The notes under the pieces are model-generated. The model ran no database searches. It had not been told where the DNA came from and saw only the letters and a list, made by a program, of their open reading frames with translations. This document shows positions 32,336 to 41,794 of a stretch of DNA of 64,000 nucleotides, one piece after another. Each line of letters opens with the position of its first letter. The stretch's first letter is position 1. This DNA comes from Candidatus Eiseniibacteriota bacterium (GTDB taxonomy: Bacteria; Eisenbacteria; RBG-16-71-46): assembly GCA_963776245.1 (NCBI GenBank), contig CAVZLN010000004.1, positions 160,001 to 224,000 on the forward strand, given 5' to 3'. The translations under genes were made by a program, and so were the position numbers.

Positions 32336-33432
32336 GAGCGCTGGTGCTGAGCGGTTCGCTGGATGCCGGGGCGCGCATGGGGCTCGCTGCCTGCGGGCTC
32401 GCGATGCGCGGCCACGAAGTGCTGTGGGCCGGGAGTCCGGCGTCCCGCGACGACGTCGCGCGCCTGTGCGCGGGCCACGTCCCGGACGGGCTCCGGGTGG
32501 TGTCCGCGGGTCCGGCGCTGGCGCGGGCGCGCGCCGACCTGGTGCTCGCCGGCGGGGCATGGCCTCCCGGCCCGGCGCTGGCGGCGATGGTCGTCGGCGC
32601 CCACGGGCTGCTGCTCGACGCGCGGGCCGCCGACCTCGCGCGTTGGGGCGCGGGCTCGCGCTGGGCGTGGGGCACACTGCGGGCCCTCGCGCTGGTGCCG
32701 GAGGAGGACGCCGAGCCGCTGCGCGCGGACGCCCACGGGATCGACCTCGAGCGCGTCGCCACGTGGTCCGCGGAGGCGATGCCGGAGCACGCGGACGCAG
32801 CGCACGCGGATGTCGAGGTGCTCGAGCGAGCGTGCGAGCGCACCGTGGCGCGGGGACGCGGGCGCGCGATCCGAGCCGCGGTGTTCGTGGATCGTGACGG
32901 CACGCTGGTGGTCGAGCGTGGCTATCTCTCCGACCCCGGCGACCTCGAGTTGCTGCCCGGGGTCCCGGAGGCCCTCCGCCGCCTGCGTGCGGCGGGCTAC
33001 GCGATCGTCGTGATCTCGAACCAGGCGGGCGTGGGCCGCGGCCGCTTCCCGCTCGCCCGCGTGTACGACACCATGGCCCACCTGCGGGGGATGTTGCGCG
33101 ACCAGGGCGCCGAACCGGACGCCATCTGGTTCTGTCCCCACGCTCCCGAGGCGGGGTGCGCGTGCCGCAAGCCCGGGATCGCGCTGCTCCAACGGGCGGC
33201 CGAGGACCTGCAACTCGCGCTGCCCCACTCCGTCATGGTGGGGGACAAGCTGCTCGACGCCGAGACCGGCCGGAACGCGGGCGGCCGTGGCGTGCTGGTG
33301 CGCACGGGGTACGGACGCGACGAGGAGCGGCGCCTGAGCGAGACCGGAGTGGGCGCCCCGCCCGACCACGTGTGCGACGGATTGCCCGAGGCCGCCGACT
33401 GGATCCTCGCGCACGCGGACCCCGACGCCTGA
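32332..33432 (+). CDS. gmhB: D-glycero-D-manno-heptose-1,7-bisphosphate phosphatase (GmhB, HAD-IIIA) with an extra ~180-aa N-terminal domain
   Basis: C-terminal FVDRDGTL, SNQAGVGRG, CPH....CACRKP, MVGDK..D and VRTGYG. Confidence 0.82.
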   Translation: MRALVLSGSLDAGARMGLAACGLAMRGHEVLWAGSPASRDDVARLCAGHVPDGLRVVSAGPALARARADLVLAGGAWPPGPALAAMVVGAHGLLLDARAADLARWGAGSRWAWGTLRALALVPEEDAEPLRADAHGIDLERVATWSAEAMPEHADAAHADVEVLERACERTVARGRGRAIRAAVFVDRDGTLVVERGYLSDPGDLELLPGVPEALRRLRAAGYAIVVISNQAGVGRGRFPLARVYDTMAHLRGMLRDQGAEPDAIWFCPHAPEAGCACRKPGIALLQRAAEDLQLALPHSVMVGDKLLDAETGRNAGGRGVLVRTGYGRDEERRLSETGVGAPPDHVCDGLPEAADWILAHADPDA

Positions 33433-33450
33433 GGCGCGTGCCGCCGCGGG

Positions 33451-34536
33451 TCAGCGGTCGGGTTCGAGCTCGAGGCGGTAGTCGGCGCCCGCGCGTTCCA
33501 CGTGATAGCGAAGGTGGTAGCCGGCGAGTCGGGTCTGACGGGGGTCCACCCAGCGGTCCTCGATGAGGTCCTGCAGCCGGCCGGGGTAGGCCCCGCGCTC
33601 GCGGCGGAACAGCTCGAGGGCGAAGCGCAGGTCGCGGACCTGCGCCGCGGCAAACACATCCTCGCCCGGCGCCACCGGGGGTGGCGCCACGAGCAGCCGC
33701 GCGCCGAAGTGCATCGCGGCAGCGGTGGCCAGCGCCATGGCCACCACGGTCGCCTCGCGCACCAGGCGACGAGGACGGGGGGCACGGGCCGCGGCCTCCC
33801 GGTTCTCGCCCTCCGTGGGCAGGCCGGGGTCGCGACGCCCCACGAACTCGATCCAGTTCGCCTCGAGCATGCGCTGGAGCGCCTCGTAGGTCTCGTACTC
33901 CGAGAGCGGCGCCGCGGCCACCACCTCCGCGACCGTATGCTGGCCGTCGAAGATGCCGAACAGCTCGCGCTCCTCCTCGGAGAGCGACTCGTTCGGGTCG
34001 GGAAGGTCGCGCACGCCGAGCAACTGGTAGGGATCCTTGAACAGCGTGACGAAGCGCTTCTGCTCGTCCACGCGCCGGGCCGCCTCGATCAGCGCGCCCT
34101 CGATGTTGAGACGCACCAGCGGCGCCGGGGCCCACCGGTGGCTGGGGTCGAAGCGGTAGCTGCCATTTTCCCAGCGCGCCAGCCGCATCAGGTCGTCGAG
34201 GATCTGGCGCTCCACGAACGCCGCGAGCTCCGCGGCATCGAGGTAACGTCCGTTCAGCAGCAGGTCCTCGAGATCGCGATTGGACTCGCGCTGGATGGTG
34301 AGGATCCCGCGCGCCTGTTCATCGGACAACCGGTGCACGCGGCGCAGGAACACCAGCAGAGGGTCGTCCTTCGCGAGACCGGGGCGGCGGGTGGAGACGA
34401 TGCGTCCTTCCTGGACGAAGATCACCGCCTTCTCCGTGTTCCACTCCATCAGCAGGCAGCCGGTCTTCTTCTGCGACCCGAGCAGCTGCAGGATCTCGGT
34501 GGCCGAGAAGTCGCGGAGGTTCCCCTGGAGCGCCAT
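33451..34536 (-). CDS. DUF4388-domain membrane protein with a C-terminal pseudopilin-like segment
   Basis: MALQGNLRDFSATEILQLLGSQKKTGCL, W..GSYRF and LIEAARRVDE; one TM, then DLRFALELFRRERGAYPGRLQDL. Confidence 0.78.
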   Translation of the reverse strand: MALQGNLRDFSATEILQLLGSQKKTGCLLMEWNTEKAVIFVQEGRIVSTRRPGLAKDDPLLVFLRRVHRLSDEQARGILTIQRESNRDLEDLLLNGRYLDAAELAAFVERQILDDLMRLARWENGSYRFDPSHRWAPAPLVRLNIEGALIEAARRVDEQKRFVTLFKDPYQLLGVRDLPDPNESLSEEERELFGIFDGQHTVAEVVAAAPLSEYETYEALQRMLEANWIEFVGRRDPGLPTEGENREAAARAPRPRRLVREATVVAMALATAAAMHFGARLLVAPPPVAPGEDVFAAAQVRDLRFALELFRRERGAYPGRLQDLIEDRWVDPRQTRLAGYHLRYHVERAGADYRLELEPDR

Positions 34537-34544
34537 GGTCGTCC

Positions 34545-36638
34545 TCAGGCGGCCAGCGCCGTGGTGCGGCGGGTGGACTGGACCGACCGGCTGCTCACCG
34601 GCGCGGAGAGCATGGCCTCCTCCGCCCGCAGCCGGCTGACCTGGGCGAGGTAGGCGAGGATGGACACGAGGTAGATCGCCCCCCACAGCCCGATGATGAA
34701 CACCTGGGGCAGCTCCGCCTCGGGGAGCGCGAGCCCGGATTCGAAGGAGAACGGAGCGTCGAGCCCGAGCCATCCGCTCGCGAGCAGCGAGGTCGCGATC
34801 AGCAGCACGAGGGGGGTCACCATCCGTCGGCAGGCCAGCAGCCCGAAGCCCGGCACCAGGGTCGCCAGAGCCGTCCGCGCCATGCGCCCGCGCGTCTGCA
34901 GGGCGCGCCGATGCTGGTGGAGGAGCACGCGCGCGAACTCGGGGCTCTCGGCCCGGGACTCGACACCGGCGCAGCCCGCGCACAGTGCCAGTTCGCGGCG
35001 CCGCAGCGCGCAGCGCCGGCACACCACGCCGCCGCAGTTGCTGCAGGTGCGCAGCGGCAGGATGCGGTGCTGCCAGACCCCGGCGATCAGCCCGACCAGC
35101 GCGAGCGCGAGGGCGAGGCCGCTGAAGCGCCATCCCGAGGTCTCGATGTGACCGCGCCACGCCGGGGGCACGACGATCGGAGCGCGCGTCCCGTCGAAGG
35201 TCTCCAATGCCTGCCAGAAGGTCACCGGCGCCAGCCACTGATCCACCAGCGGGAGCAGCCCATCGTCGGTGGCCTGGGACTGGTAGGACTTCACCAGATC
35301 GAAGTTGAGGGCGGAGGCGCGCGCCATGGCGTCGCTGGCCTCGTGGTACTGGAAGCGCTGGTTGTAGATCTGCGCGGCATTGAAGTAGGCGGCCGCGTTC
35401 CCCGGCTCGAGCTTGGTGGCCTCGAGGTAGAGCGCCAGCGCCTCGTCCGCGCGTCCCTGCATCGCGAGGGCGTTGCCGAGATTGTTGCTGACCCGGTCAT
35501 TCGCCGGCCACAGCGCATGGGCGCGCCGGTAGGCCGCTTCCGCGGTCGCGAGGTCGCCGCCGCGGCGAGCCATCCAGCCGTGACCGAACTGCACGAACGC
35601 GTTGTCGGGATGCCGCGCGGCGAGGGCGGCGAAGCCGTCCTGGCGCGCGCGGGAGAACGCCTCGTTCTCGACCATCGCCACGCCGAAGAACGGGCCCTCG
35701 TCCTCGCGCAGCGGGACCGCGAGCCGGCCGAGCCATCCGAGGGTCAGCGGCAGCGTGCCGATGAGCGCCACGAACACCAACCAGAGCATGCGCTCGCGCA
35801 CCCGCAGCGAAGGCCACAGGAAGCCGAGGAACGCGGCCGTCGGCAGGGCGAGCCCGAGGCCGGAGACGAACGGGACGATGAGCGGGGTCCACGACCACCA
35901 GCGGGCGGTCTCCGGCGAGGCGAAGAGCGCGAGGCGCTCCTGCCATCCGTGGCGCAGTTCGCGGTGGTGGAGACCCAGCACGATGAGCGCGGCGGCCAGC
36001 AGCCCGAGGAACAGGGCCTGCAGCCCGAGGCAGAAGGCGTTGGCGACCAGGGCCACCTGGAGCAGGAAGTTCTGACGCGCGAGGTCGAGCACGGCGGCGT
36101 ACTGGAGCAGGGCCTGGCTCGGCTCGCGCAGGATGAACCACGACGCGAGGGTCACGTGGGGCGCCACGAACGAGGGATCGAGCTCGGAGGCCCCGCGCAC
36201 CAGCCGGACCGCCTCTTCGGGTGCGCCCGACTGGTGCAGCACGAGGCCGCGTCGATAGTAGAGACGGGCTTCGTGCGGGAGCGCGGCGATGTGGCTGCGC
36301 AGCTTGTAGTCGAGCCACGGCGTCAGCTCGGCGAGGTCATCGGGCGCCACCGGCGGCCCGGACGGCGCGGGGGCCGGCTGGGCCCTGCGGACGCCCGGCC
36401 CGGCCGGAGTGGAAGCGGGGACGGAGGGTGCGACCACCACGCGTTCCCCGACCGGAGCGCCCTCCGGGGCCTGGGCACCGGCGAGGGCAGCGAGGGACAT
36501 GAGCGCCGCGAGCGCGAGCGCGATGCCCGCGACGAGGCCGACGATGCGCGCGCGCCATCCGGCGCGTCGTGCGCCCGATCGATGCCGGAGGCGCTGGGCC
36601 CGGGATGGTCCGGAGCCTCGTCCGTGCGAAACTGGCAT
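34545..36638 (-). CDS. Multi-pass membrane protein with TPR repeats and a Cys-rich Zn-finger
   Basis: TPR motifs (A..YYRRG, NNLGNAL, AAAYFNAA), several hydrophobic segments and CSNC..VCRRC..LCAGC. Confidence 0.75.
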   Translation of the reverse strand: MPVSHGRGSGPSRAQRLRHRSGARRAGWRARIVGLVAGIALALAALMSLAALAGAQAPEGAPVGERVVVAPSVPASTPAGPGVRRAQPAPAPSGPPVAPDDLAELTPWLDYKLRSHIAALPHEARLYYRRGLVLHQSGAPEEAVRLVRGASELDPSFVAPHVTLASWFILREPSQALLQYAAVLDLARQNFLLQVALVANAFCLGLQALFLGLLAAALIVLGLHHRELRHGWQERLALFASPETARWWSWTPLIVPFVSGLGLALPTAAFLGFLWPSLRVRERMLWLVFVALIGTLPLTLGWLGRLAVPLREDEGPFFGVAMVENEAFSRARQDGFAALAARHPDNAFVQFGHGWMARRGGDLATAEAAYRRAHALWPANDRVSNNLGNALAMQGRADEALALYLEATKLEPGNAAAYFNAAQIYNQRFQYHEASDAMARASALNFDLVKSYQSQATDDGLLPLVDQWLAPVTFWQALETFDGTRAPIVVPPAWRGHIETSGWRFSGLALALALVGLIAGVWQHRILPLRTCSNCGGVVCRRCALRRRELALCAGCAGVESRAESPEFARVLLHQHRRALQTRGRMARTALATLVPGFGLLACRRMVTPLVLLIATSLLASGWLGLDAPFSFESGLALPEAELPQVFIIGLWGAIYLVSILAYLAQVSRLRAEEAMLSAPVSSRSVQSTRRTTALAA

Positions 36639-36651
36639 GTGGTTCAGTCCC

Positions 36652-36681
36652 TTGACAGTGCGCGAGGCACACCCCTAACGT
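36652..36681 (+). promoter_or_regulatory. sigma70-type promoter toward asnS
   Basis: TTGACA-18 nt-TAACGT. Confidence 0.5.
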
Positions 36682-36699
36682 GCTTTGCGTCCATGTGCT

Positions 36700-36727
36700 G
36701 TATCGGCGTGTCATCCGGCACGCTTGA
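36700..36727 (-). promoter_or_regulatory. sigma28 (FliA/WhiG)-like promoter for the TPR-DUF4388 operon
   Basis: Minus strand reads TCAAG-15 nt-GCCGATAC, about 60 nt upstream of the ATG at 36638. Confidence 0.5.
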
Positions 36728-36830
36728 AGGGAATGTGTCGGGCCGTGCGGAACGCCTCCCACCGGCTCGCTCCCCCCTGGCGGCGCCCGGCCACCACCCC
36801 GTCTCGATCCGCCCTGTCCCGGAGTGACCC

Positions 36831-38150
36831 ATGAACCCCGAGCCTGCCGCCAGCCCGCCCCCCTGGATCCGCATCTGCGAAGCCCCCGCGCACGTCGCGG
36901 CCGAGGTGGAGGTCCGGGGCTGGGTCACCCACCTGCGCTCCGGCGGCAAGGTCCGGTTCGTGGTGCTCCGGGACGGCAGCGGCACGCTGCAGTGCGTGGC
37001 CGGGGTGAACGATGTCCCGGCGGCCGACTGGGAGGTGCTCGCCACGCTCACCCAGGAGTCGGCGGTCCGCGTGCGCGGGGTCCTCCGCGCCGACCCGCGT
37101 TCCCCGGGAGGGGTGGAGATGGGACTCCGCGGCGTCACCCTGGTGTCGCTCGCCGAGCCCTATCCGATCACGCCCAAGGAGCACGGCACCGACTTCCTCA
37201 TGGATCACCGCCACCTCTGGCTGCGATCGTCGCGGCAGCAGGCCATCCTCCGCATCCGCGCCGAGGTGATCTCGGCGTTCCGCGAGTTCATGAATGGGGA
37301 GGGATTCCTGCTGGTGGACAGCCCCATCTTCACCCCCAGCGCGTGCGAGGGCACCACGACGCTGTTCGAGACCACCTACTTCGACGAGAAGGCCTACCTG
37401 ACGCAGAGCGGTCAGCTCTATCAGGAGGCGGCAGCGCTCGCGCTCGGCCGCACGTACTGTTTCGGCCCGGCCTTCCGCGCCGAGAAGAGCAAGACGCGCC
37501 GGCACCTGATCGAGTTCTGGATGATGGAGCCGGAGTGGGCGTTCGCCACGCTCGAGGACGTCATCGCGCTCGAGGAGCGGCTGCTGTCCTACACCGTCCA
37601 GCGGGTGCTCGAGCGACGGGCAGGGGAACTGACCGCGCTCGAGCGCGACACCGCACGCCTCGAGCAGGTGAAGGCGCCGTTCGTGCGCCTGCACTACGAC
37701 GACGCGGTGAAGCTGCTGCAGGGCGCGGGACTTCCATTCGAGTGGGGCAGCGACTTCGGCGCGCCCGACGAGACCGAGATCTCGAACCGCTTCGACACGC
37801 CGGTCTTCGTGACCCACTACCCGGCGGCGGTGAAGGCGTTCTACATGGAGCCCGACCCGGACGACCCCCGGCTCTGCCTCTCGTGCGACTGCCTGGCGCC
37901 CGAGGGATACGGCGAGATCATCGGCGGTGGACAGCGCATGACGTCGCTGGACCTGCTGACCCGGCGCATCGACGAACACGGCCTACTGCAGGCCGACTTC
38001 GAATGGTACAAGGACCTCCGCCGGTACGGTTCCGTGCCCCACGCGGGGTTCGGCATCGGGGTGGAGCGCACCCTCGCGTGGATCGCCGGGCTGGACCACG
38101 TCCGGGAGACCATCCCGTTCCCGAGGATGCTCAATCGGCTGAAGCCGTGA
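36831..38150 (+). CDS. asnS: Asparagine--tRNA ligase
   Basis: [60 protein letters not shown] and [18 protein letters not shown]. Confidence 0.96.
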   Translation: MNPEPAASPPPWIRICEAPAHVAAEVEVRGWVTHLRSGGKVRFVVLRDGSGTLQCVAGVNDVPAADWEVLATLTQESAVRVRGVLRADPRSPGGVEMGLRGVTLVSLAEPYPITPKEHGTDFLMDHRHLWLRSSRQQAILRIRAEVISAFREFMNGEGFLLVDSPIFTPSACEGTTTLFETTYFDEKAYLTQSGQLYQEAAALALGRTYCFGPAFRAEKSKTRRHLIEFWMMEPEWAFATLEDVIALEERLLSYTVQRVLERRAGELTALERDTARLEQVKAPFVRLHYDDAVKLLQGAGLPFEWGSDFGAPDETEISNRFDTPVFVTHYPAAVKAFYMEPDPDDPRLCLSCDCLAPEGYGEIIGGGQRMTSLDLLTRRIDEHGLLQADFEWYKDLRRYGSVPHAGFGIGVERTLAWIAGLDHVRETIPFPRMLNRLKP

Positions 38151-38152
38151 GG

Positions 38153-38172
38153 GGCGCCCCACCGGGGGCGCC
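38153..38172 (+). terminator. GC hairpin immediately after asnS (no U-tract)
   Basis: GGCGCCCC-ACCG-GGGGCGCC, a perfect 8-bp stem. Confidence 0.4.
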
Positions 38173-38190
38173 ATCGGAGGACACGCGTCC

Positions 38191-38220
38191 TTGACACCCC
38201 GCAGGAGCCATCTCTAGTGT
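38191..38220 (+). promoter_or_regulatory. sigma70-type promoter for the PstS-like...tonB module
   Basis: TTGACA-18 nt-TAGTGT. Confidence 0.55.
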
Positions 38221-38278
38221 TCGTCCCGCTCCGGCCGACCCGCCTGGCGGGTGGCCCGGCCTACGGCAGGCCATTGAC

Positions 38279-39244
38279 ATGAACCTCACGAGGTTCCTAC
38301 ACTTGCAGCGCTTCGTGGCACCGGGTCGCGGCGGGCGGAACGCTATTCCCCTCCTGCTCGCGTGTGGACTCGGTATGACGGTCGGCGGTTGTGCCCCATC
38401 CACCGCTCGCAGGTCCGTGGAAGATTCCGTCACCAGCGGACGTATCTCGATCGTGAGTGCCCCGGCGGCGACCGCCCTGGTGGCGCGCGCCCGGGATTCG
38501 TTCGTCGCGACCTACCGGGACGCGAACATCGGGGTGAGCTCCGCCCGGTCGCGGGCCGCGGTGGAGTCGCTGTTCCTGGCACGGGCGGACGTGGCGGTGA
38601 TCACGCGCGAGCTCGAGCCGGAGGAACGGTCGGCGGCGCTGAGGGGCCGTCTGCAGTTGGAGGGATTCCGGTTCGCGCGGGACGCGGTGGTGGTCATCGT
38701 GCACCCGACGAACCCGGTGGAGAATCTGGCCCTGGAGCAGGTCCGGGACATCTACAGCGGTGACCTGAAGAGCTGGTCTTCCGTGGGTGGAAGGAACGCG
38801 GCGGTGATCCCGGTGGTGCAGCCACCGGACGCGGACATCATGGAGTTCTTCGCGCAGGAAGTCATGGGGGGAAGGTCGATGGAGGCTCGCGCCGTGTATG
38901 CCAGCTCGGACTCCGAGGTGGTGGCTCGTGTGGCGCAGTCGCCGGACGCGATCGGCTTCGTGTCGCTGGCGTGGGCCGAGCGCGGCGCCCGGGCGCTCCG
39001 GCTCTCGCCCTTGCGCGGGCTGCCCTACGTGAAGCCGGACCCCGAGACGGTGTACCGGGGCGAGTACCCCCTGACGCGCTTCTTCAATCTGTACGTCCGT
39101 ACCGACGGCCCCCCGCTCGGGAACGGGTTCGTCACCTTCGTGACCAGTCGCGACGGACAGGCGCTGGTCCATGAGGCGGGGCTGGTGCCGACATCGGTGC
39201 CGGTCCGTTTCGTCCGACGCTCCCCGATGCTGGGCTCGCACTGA
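38279..39244 (+). CDS. PstS-like (PBP type 2) substrate-binding protein, possible lipoprotein
   Basis: RDAVVVIVHPTNPV..L..Q..DIYSG..SW..VGG, DAIGFVS and GEYPLTR..LY; possible lipobox VGGC; start uncertain. Confidence 0.8.
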   Translation: MNLTRFLHLQRFVAPGRGGRNAIPLLLACGLGMTVGGCAPSTARRSVEDSVTSGRISIVSAPAATALVARARDSFVATYRDANIGVSSARSRAAVESLFLARADVAVITRELEPEERSAALRGRLQLEGFRFARDAVVVIVHPTNPVENLALEQVRDIYSGDLKSWSSVGGRNAAVIPVVQPPDADIMEFFAQEVMGGRSMEARAVYASSDSEVVARVAQSPDAIGFVSLAWAERGARALRLSPLRGLPYVKPDPETVYRGEYPLTRFFNLYVRTDGPPLGNGFVTFVTSRDGQALVHEAGLVPTSVPVRFVRRSPMLGSH

Positions 39245-39266
39245 ACAGGAGACTCCGACCGACACC

Positions 39267-41075
39267 ATGAACCTCTCCAACCGCTTGAGCCGAGGCCGCT
39301 GCGCCGGTCCTGCCGTGCTCGTCGTGCTGCTGCTCGCCGCCCCGGGGCTGTCCTGGGCCCAGGTCAAGGATGGGAAGATCGCGCTCCAGAGCGGGCGCTA
39401 CGACGAGGCCATCATCGCGTTCGAGCGCGCGGCGAGCGAAGGGCTCGCCGAGGGCCGCGCGGGCGTGGGTCAGGTCTGGCTCAAGCGCCGGCAGTACGAC
39501 AAGGCGCTGGTGGCCTTCCAGACCGCACAGAAGATGGACGGGAACCTCGCGATCGCCTACTGGGGCGAGGGCGAGGTGGCGCGCCGGGGGGGCGATTGCT
39601 CCACGGCCGTCCCGCTGTTCCAGAAGGCGACCGAGATCGACCGCAAGTTCCCCGAGGCGCAGCTGGCCCTCGGCCAGTGCCTGGTGGATCTCAAGCAGCA
39701 CGAGCGGGCCGTGGTGGCGCTCAACGAGGGGCTGAAGTGGGGCCCGAAGTGGCGCCCCAAGTTCCTCGTGGCGCTGGGCGATGCCGAACTCGCGCGCGAT
39801 TCGCTGCGGGACGCCGGGATCTACTACACCAAGGCTCGTGAGGAGTCTCCGGAGGATCCGACCCCGCGCCGCGCGCTCGGCGACTTCTACCTCAAGCGCG
39901 GCATCCCGGCGCTCGCGGTGCCCGAGTTCCAGGCGGCGATCGCGCTGGACACGTCGGATGTGGATCTGGTGTACGCCCTCGGCCGGGCCTTCGACCAGGA
40001 CGGGCGGGCGGCCAGCGCGCTCGAGCAGTACCGGGCCGCGACCGAGAAGGACCCAGACTTCGCGCCGGCGCAATTCGGGCTGGGGAACCTGCTCTATCGC
40101 GCGGGACAGGCGGATCCCAACCGCTACCGGGAGGCGCGTGCGCCGCTCGAGCGGTACACCCAGCTGGAGCCGCGGGACCCGCGGGGCTGGAGTGTGCTGG
40201 CTCGTGCCCTGTACTTCGTGCACGCGCGCGACGAGTCCTACGCCGCCTTCAAGAAGGCCGAGGAGCTGGGGGACAAGAACAAGGAGGCGTGGACCATCTA
40301 CGCCCGCCTGCTCGCGGAGCGGAAGGAGTACGACGCCGCGTCCGCGGCCTTCGCCCGGGGTGATCCCGAGCCCGCGGACATGATCACCATGGCCCGCCTG
40401 TTCGAGCGCCAGGGCAAGCTCGCCGCGGCCGAGTCGATGTACGTCGATGTCGTGTCCAAGGACTCGACCTCGCGGATCGGCCGGATGGCGCTGGGGGAGG
40501 CCGGCAAGCTGCGCTACCGCCAGAAGGACTACGAGGGCGCCATCGGGGTGTTCGGGCGCCGAATCGCCCTTGACCCGCAGAACGGCGAGGCTTACTACTA
40601 CACCGGTTTGTCGTACAAGGAGATGGGTCGTTTCCCCGAGGCTCTGTCGGCGCTCCAGCAGGCGGCGGCGATCGACAGTACGAGGGCGGACCGGTTCTTC
40701 TGGCTGGGTCTGTTGCTGGACCAGCAGAAGTCCACCGCGGAAGCTCGGGTGGCATTCGAGCACGCCGTGGCTCTGGACACCACCGGCAAGGCCGCGAACA
40801 CCGGGATCGCGCTGAGGCAGCTCGGTTATTATCGGCTGCTCGAGAAGTCGTTCGCGGATGCGACACAGCTCCTCGAACGCTCGGTGGAGATCAACCCGAA
40901 GGACATCCTGACGCTGGTCTGGCTGGCGCAGGGCTACCAGAACGCTGGGAACCGCGGCAAGGCCATCGAGTACTACCGACGCACCCTGGAGATCGACCCC
41001 GGCAACGCCGAGGCGAAGAAGGGGATCGCCGCCCTCTCGGGGGGCACAGCCGCGCGGACGGGAGGGACACCATGA
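39267..41075 (+). CDS. Exported TPR-repeat protein
   Basis: Signal peptide (VLVVLLLAAPGLSWA) followed by more than ten TPR repeats. Confidence 0.85.
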   Translation: MNLSNRLSRGRCAGPAVLVVLLLAAPGLSWAQVKDGKIALQSGRYDEAIIAFERAASEGLAEGRAGVGQVWLKRRQYDKALVAFQTAQKMDGNLAIAYWGEGEVARRGGDCSTAVPLFQKATEIDRKFPEAQLALGQCLVDLKQHERAVVALNEGLKWGPKWRPKFLVALGDAELARDSLRDAGIYYTKAREESPEDPTPRRALGDFYLKRGIPALAVPEFQAAIALDTSDVDLVYALGRAFDQDGRAASALEQYRAATEKDPDFAPAQFGLGNLLYRAGQADPNRYREARAPLERYTQLEPRDPRGWSVLARALYFVHARDESYAAFKKAEELGDKNKEAWTIYARLLAERKEYDAASAAFARGDPEPADMITMARLFERQGKLAAAESMYVDVVSKDSTSRIGRMALGEAGKLRYRQKDYEGAIGVFGRRIALDPQNGEAYYYTGLSYKEMGRFPEALSALQQAAAIDSTRADRFFWLGLLLDQQKSTAEARVAFEHAVALDTTGKAANTGIALRQLGYYRLLEKSFADATQLLERSVEINPKDILTLVWLAQGYQNAGNRGKAIEYYRRTLEIDPGNAEAKKGIAALSGGTAARTGGTP

Positions 41076-41419
41076 AGCAGCGCCAGGTGGGGACCATCGA
41101 GCTCCTCTACCCGAAGGGCTATCTCACGGGTGGCGAGGAGACCGACGTCCTCGAGCAGGCCATCAAGTCGCTCGGCGAGCAGGGCAACAAGCAGCTCATC
41201 ATCAACCTCGCGGAGACCCAGCATCTGAACTCGACCGCGCTCGGTGTCCTGATCTCGGCGCACTCCAATTACGTCCGTCGCGGCGGGCAGGTGAAACTGT
41301 GCGCGGTGGACAAGCGGATCGAGAACATCTTCGTCATCACGAAGCTGTCCTACGTGTTCGACGTGTACCCCACCGAGGAGCAGGCGGTCGCCAGCTTCGC
41401 GGAGAAGAGCTCGACCTAG
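41072..41419 (+). CDS. STAS-domain anti-sigma-factor antagonist (SpoIIAA/RsbV-like)
   Basis: LIINLAETQHLNSTALGVLI, GGQVKLC, IFVITKL..VF..Y..EEQAVASF. Confidence 0.88.
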   Translation: MKQRQVGTIELLYPKGYLTGGEETDVLEQAIKSLGEQGNKQLIINLAETQHLNSTALGVLISAHSNYVRRGGQVKLCAVDKRIENIFVITKLSYVFDVYPTEEQAVASFAEKSST

Positions 41420-41443
41420 CGGCTCCGCCGCGGGAGGGATCGC

Positions 41444-41794
41444 ATGGCCATCCGGCGTCGCGAGATCCGCAGCATCACGGTGCTCTATCCGAAGGGCAGC
41501 TTCTTCGGCGACACCGAGACCGACGACCTTGAGAAGGCGCTGATGGACGAGGCCGCGACCGGGAACACCCGGCTGGTCCTCAACATGGCGGAATGCCAGG
41601 CGCTCAATTCGATCGCCATCGGCGTGCTCATGCGCGGGTACGCGAACTACCGCGGGCGGGGTGGCGAGATCAAGCTGTGCGGGCTGGGGAAGAAGCTCAA
41701 GGATCTGTTCGTGATGACCAAGCTCATCATGGTGTTCGACCATCACGAGACCGAGGAGCTGGCGCTCGCGGCCTTCGCGGTGGGCGCGGAGTAG
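41444..41794 (+). CDS. STAS-domain anti-sigma-factor antagonist, paralog 2
   Basis: LVLNMAECQALNSIAIGVLM, GGEIKLC, LFVMTKL..VF...ETEELALAAF. Confidence 0.85.
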   Translation: MAIRRREIRSITVLYPKGSFFGDTETDDLEKALMDEAATGNTRLVLNMAECQALNSIAIGVLMRGYANYRGRGGEIKLCGLGKKLKDLFVMTKLIMVFDHHETEELALAAFAVGAE

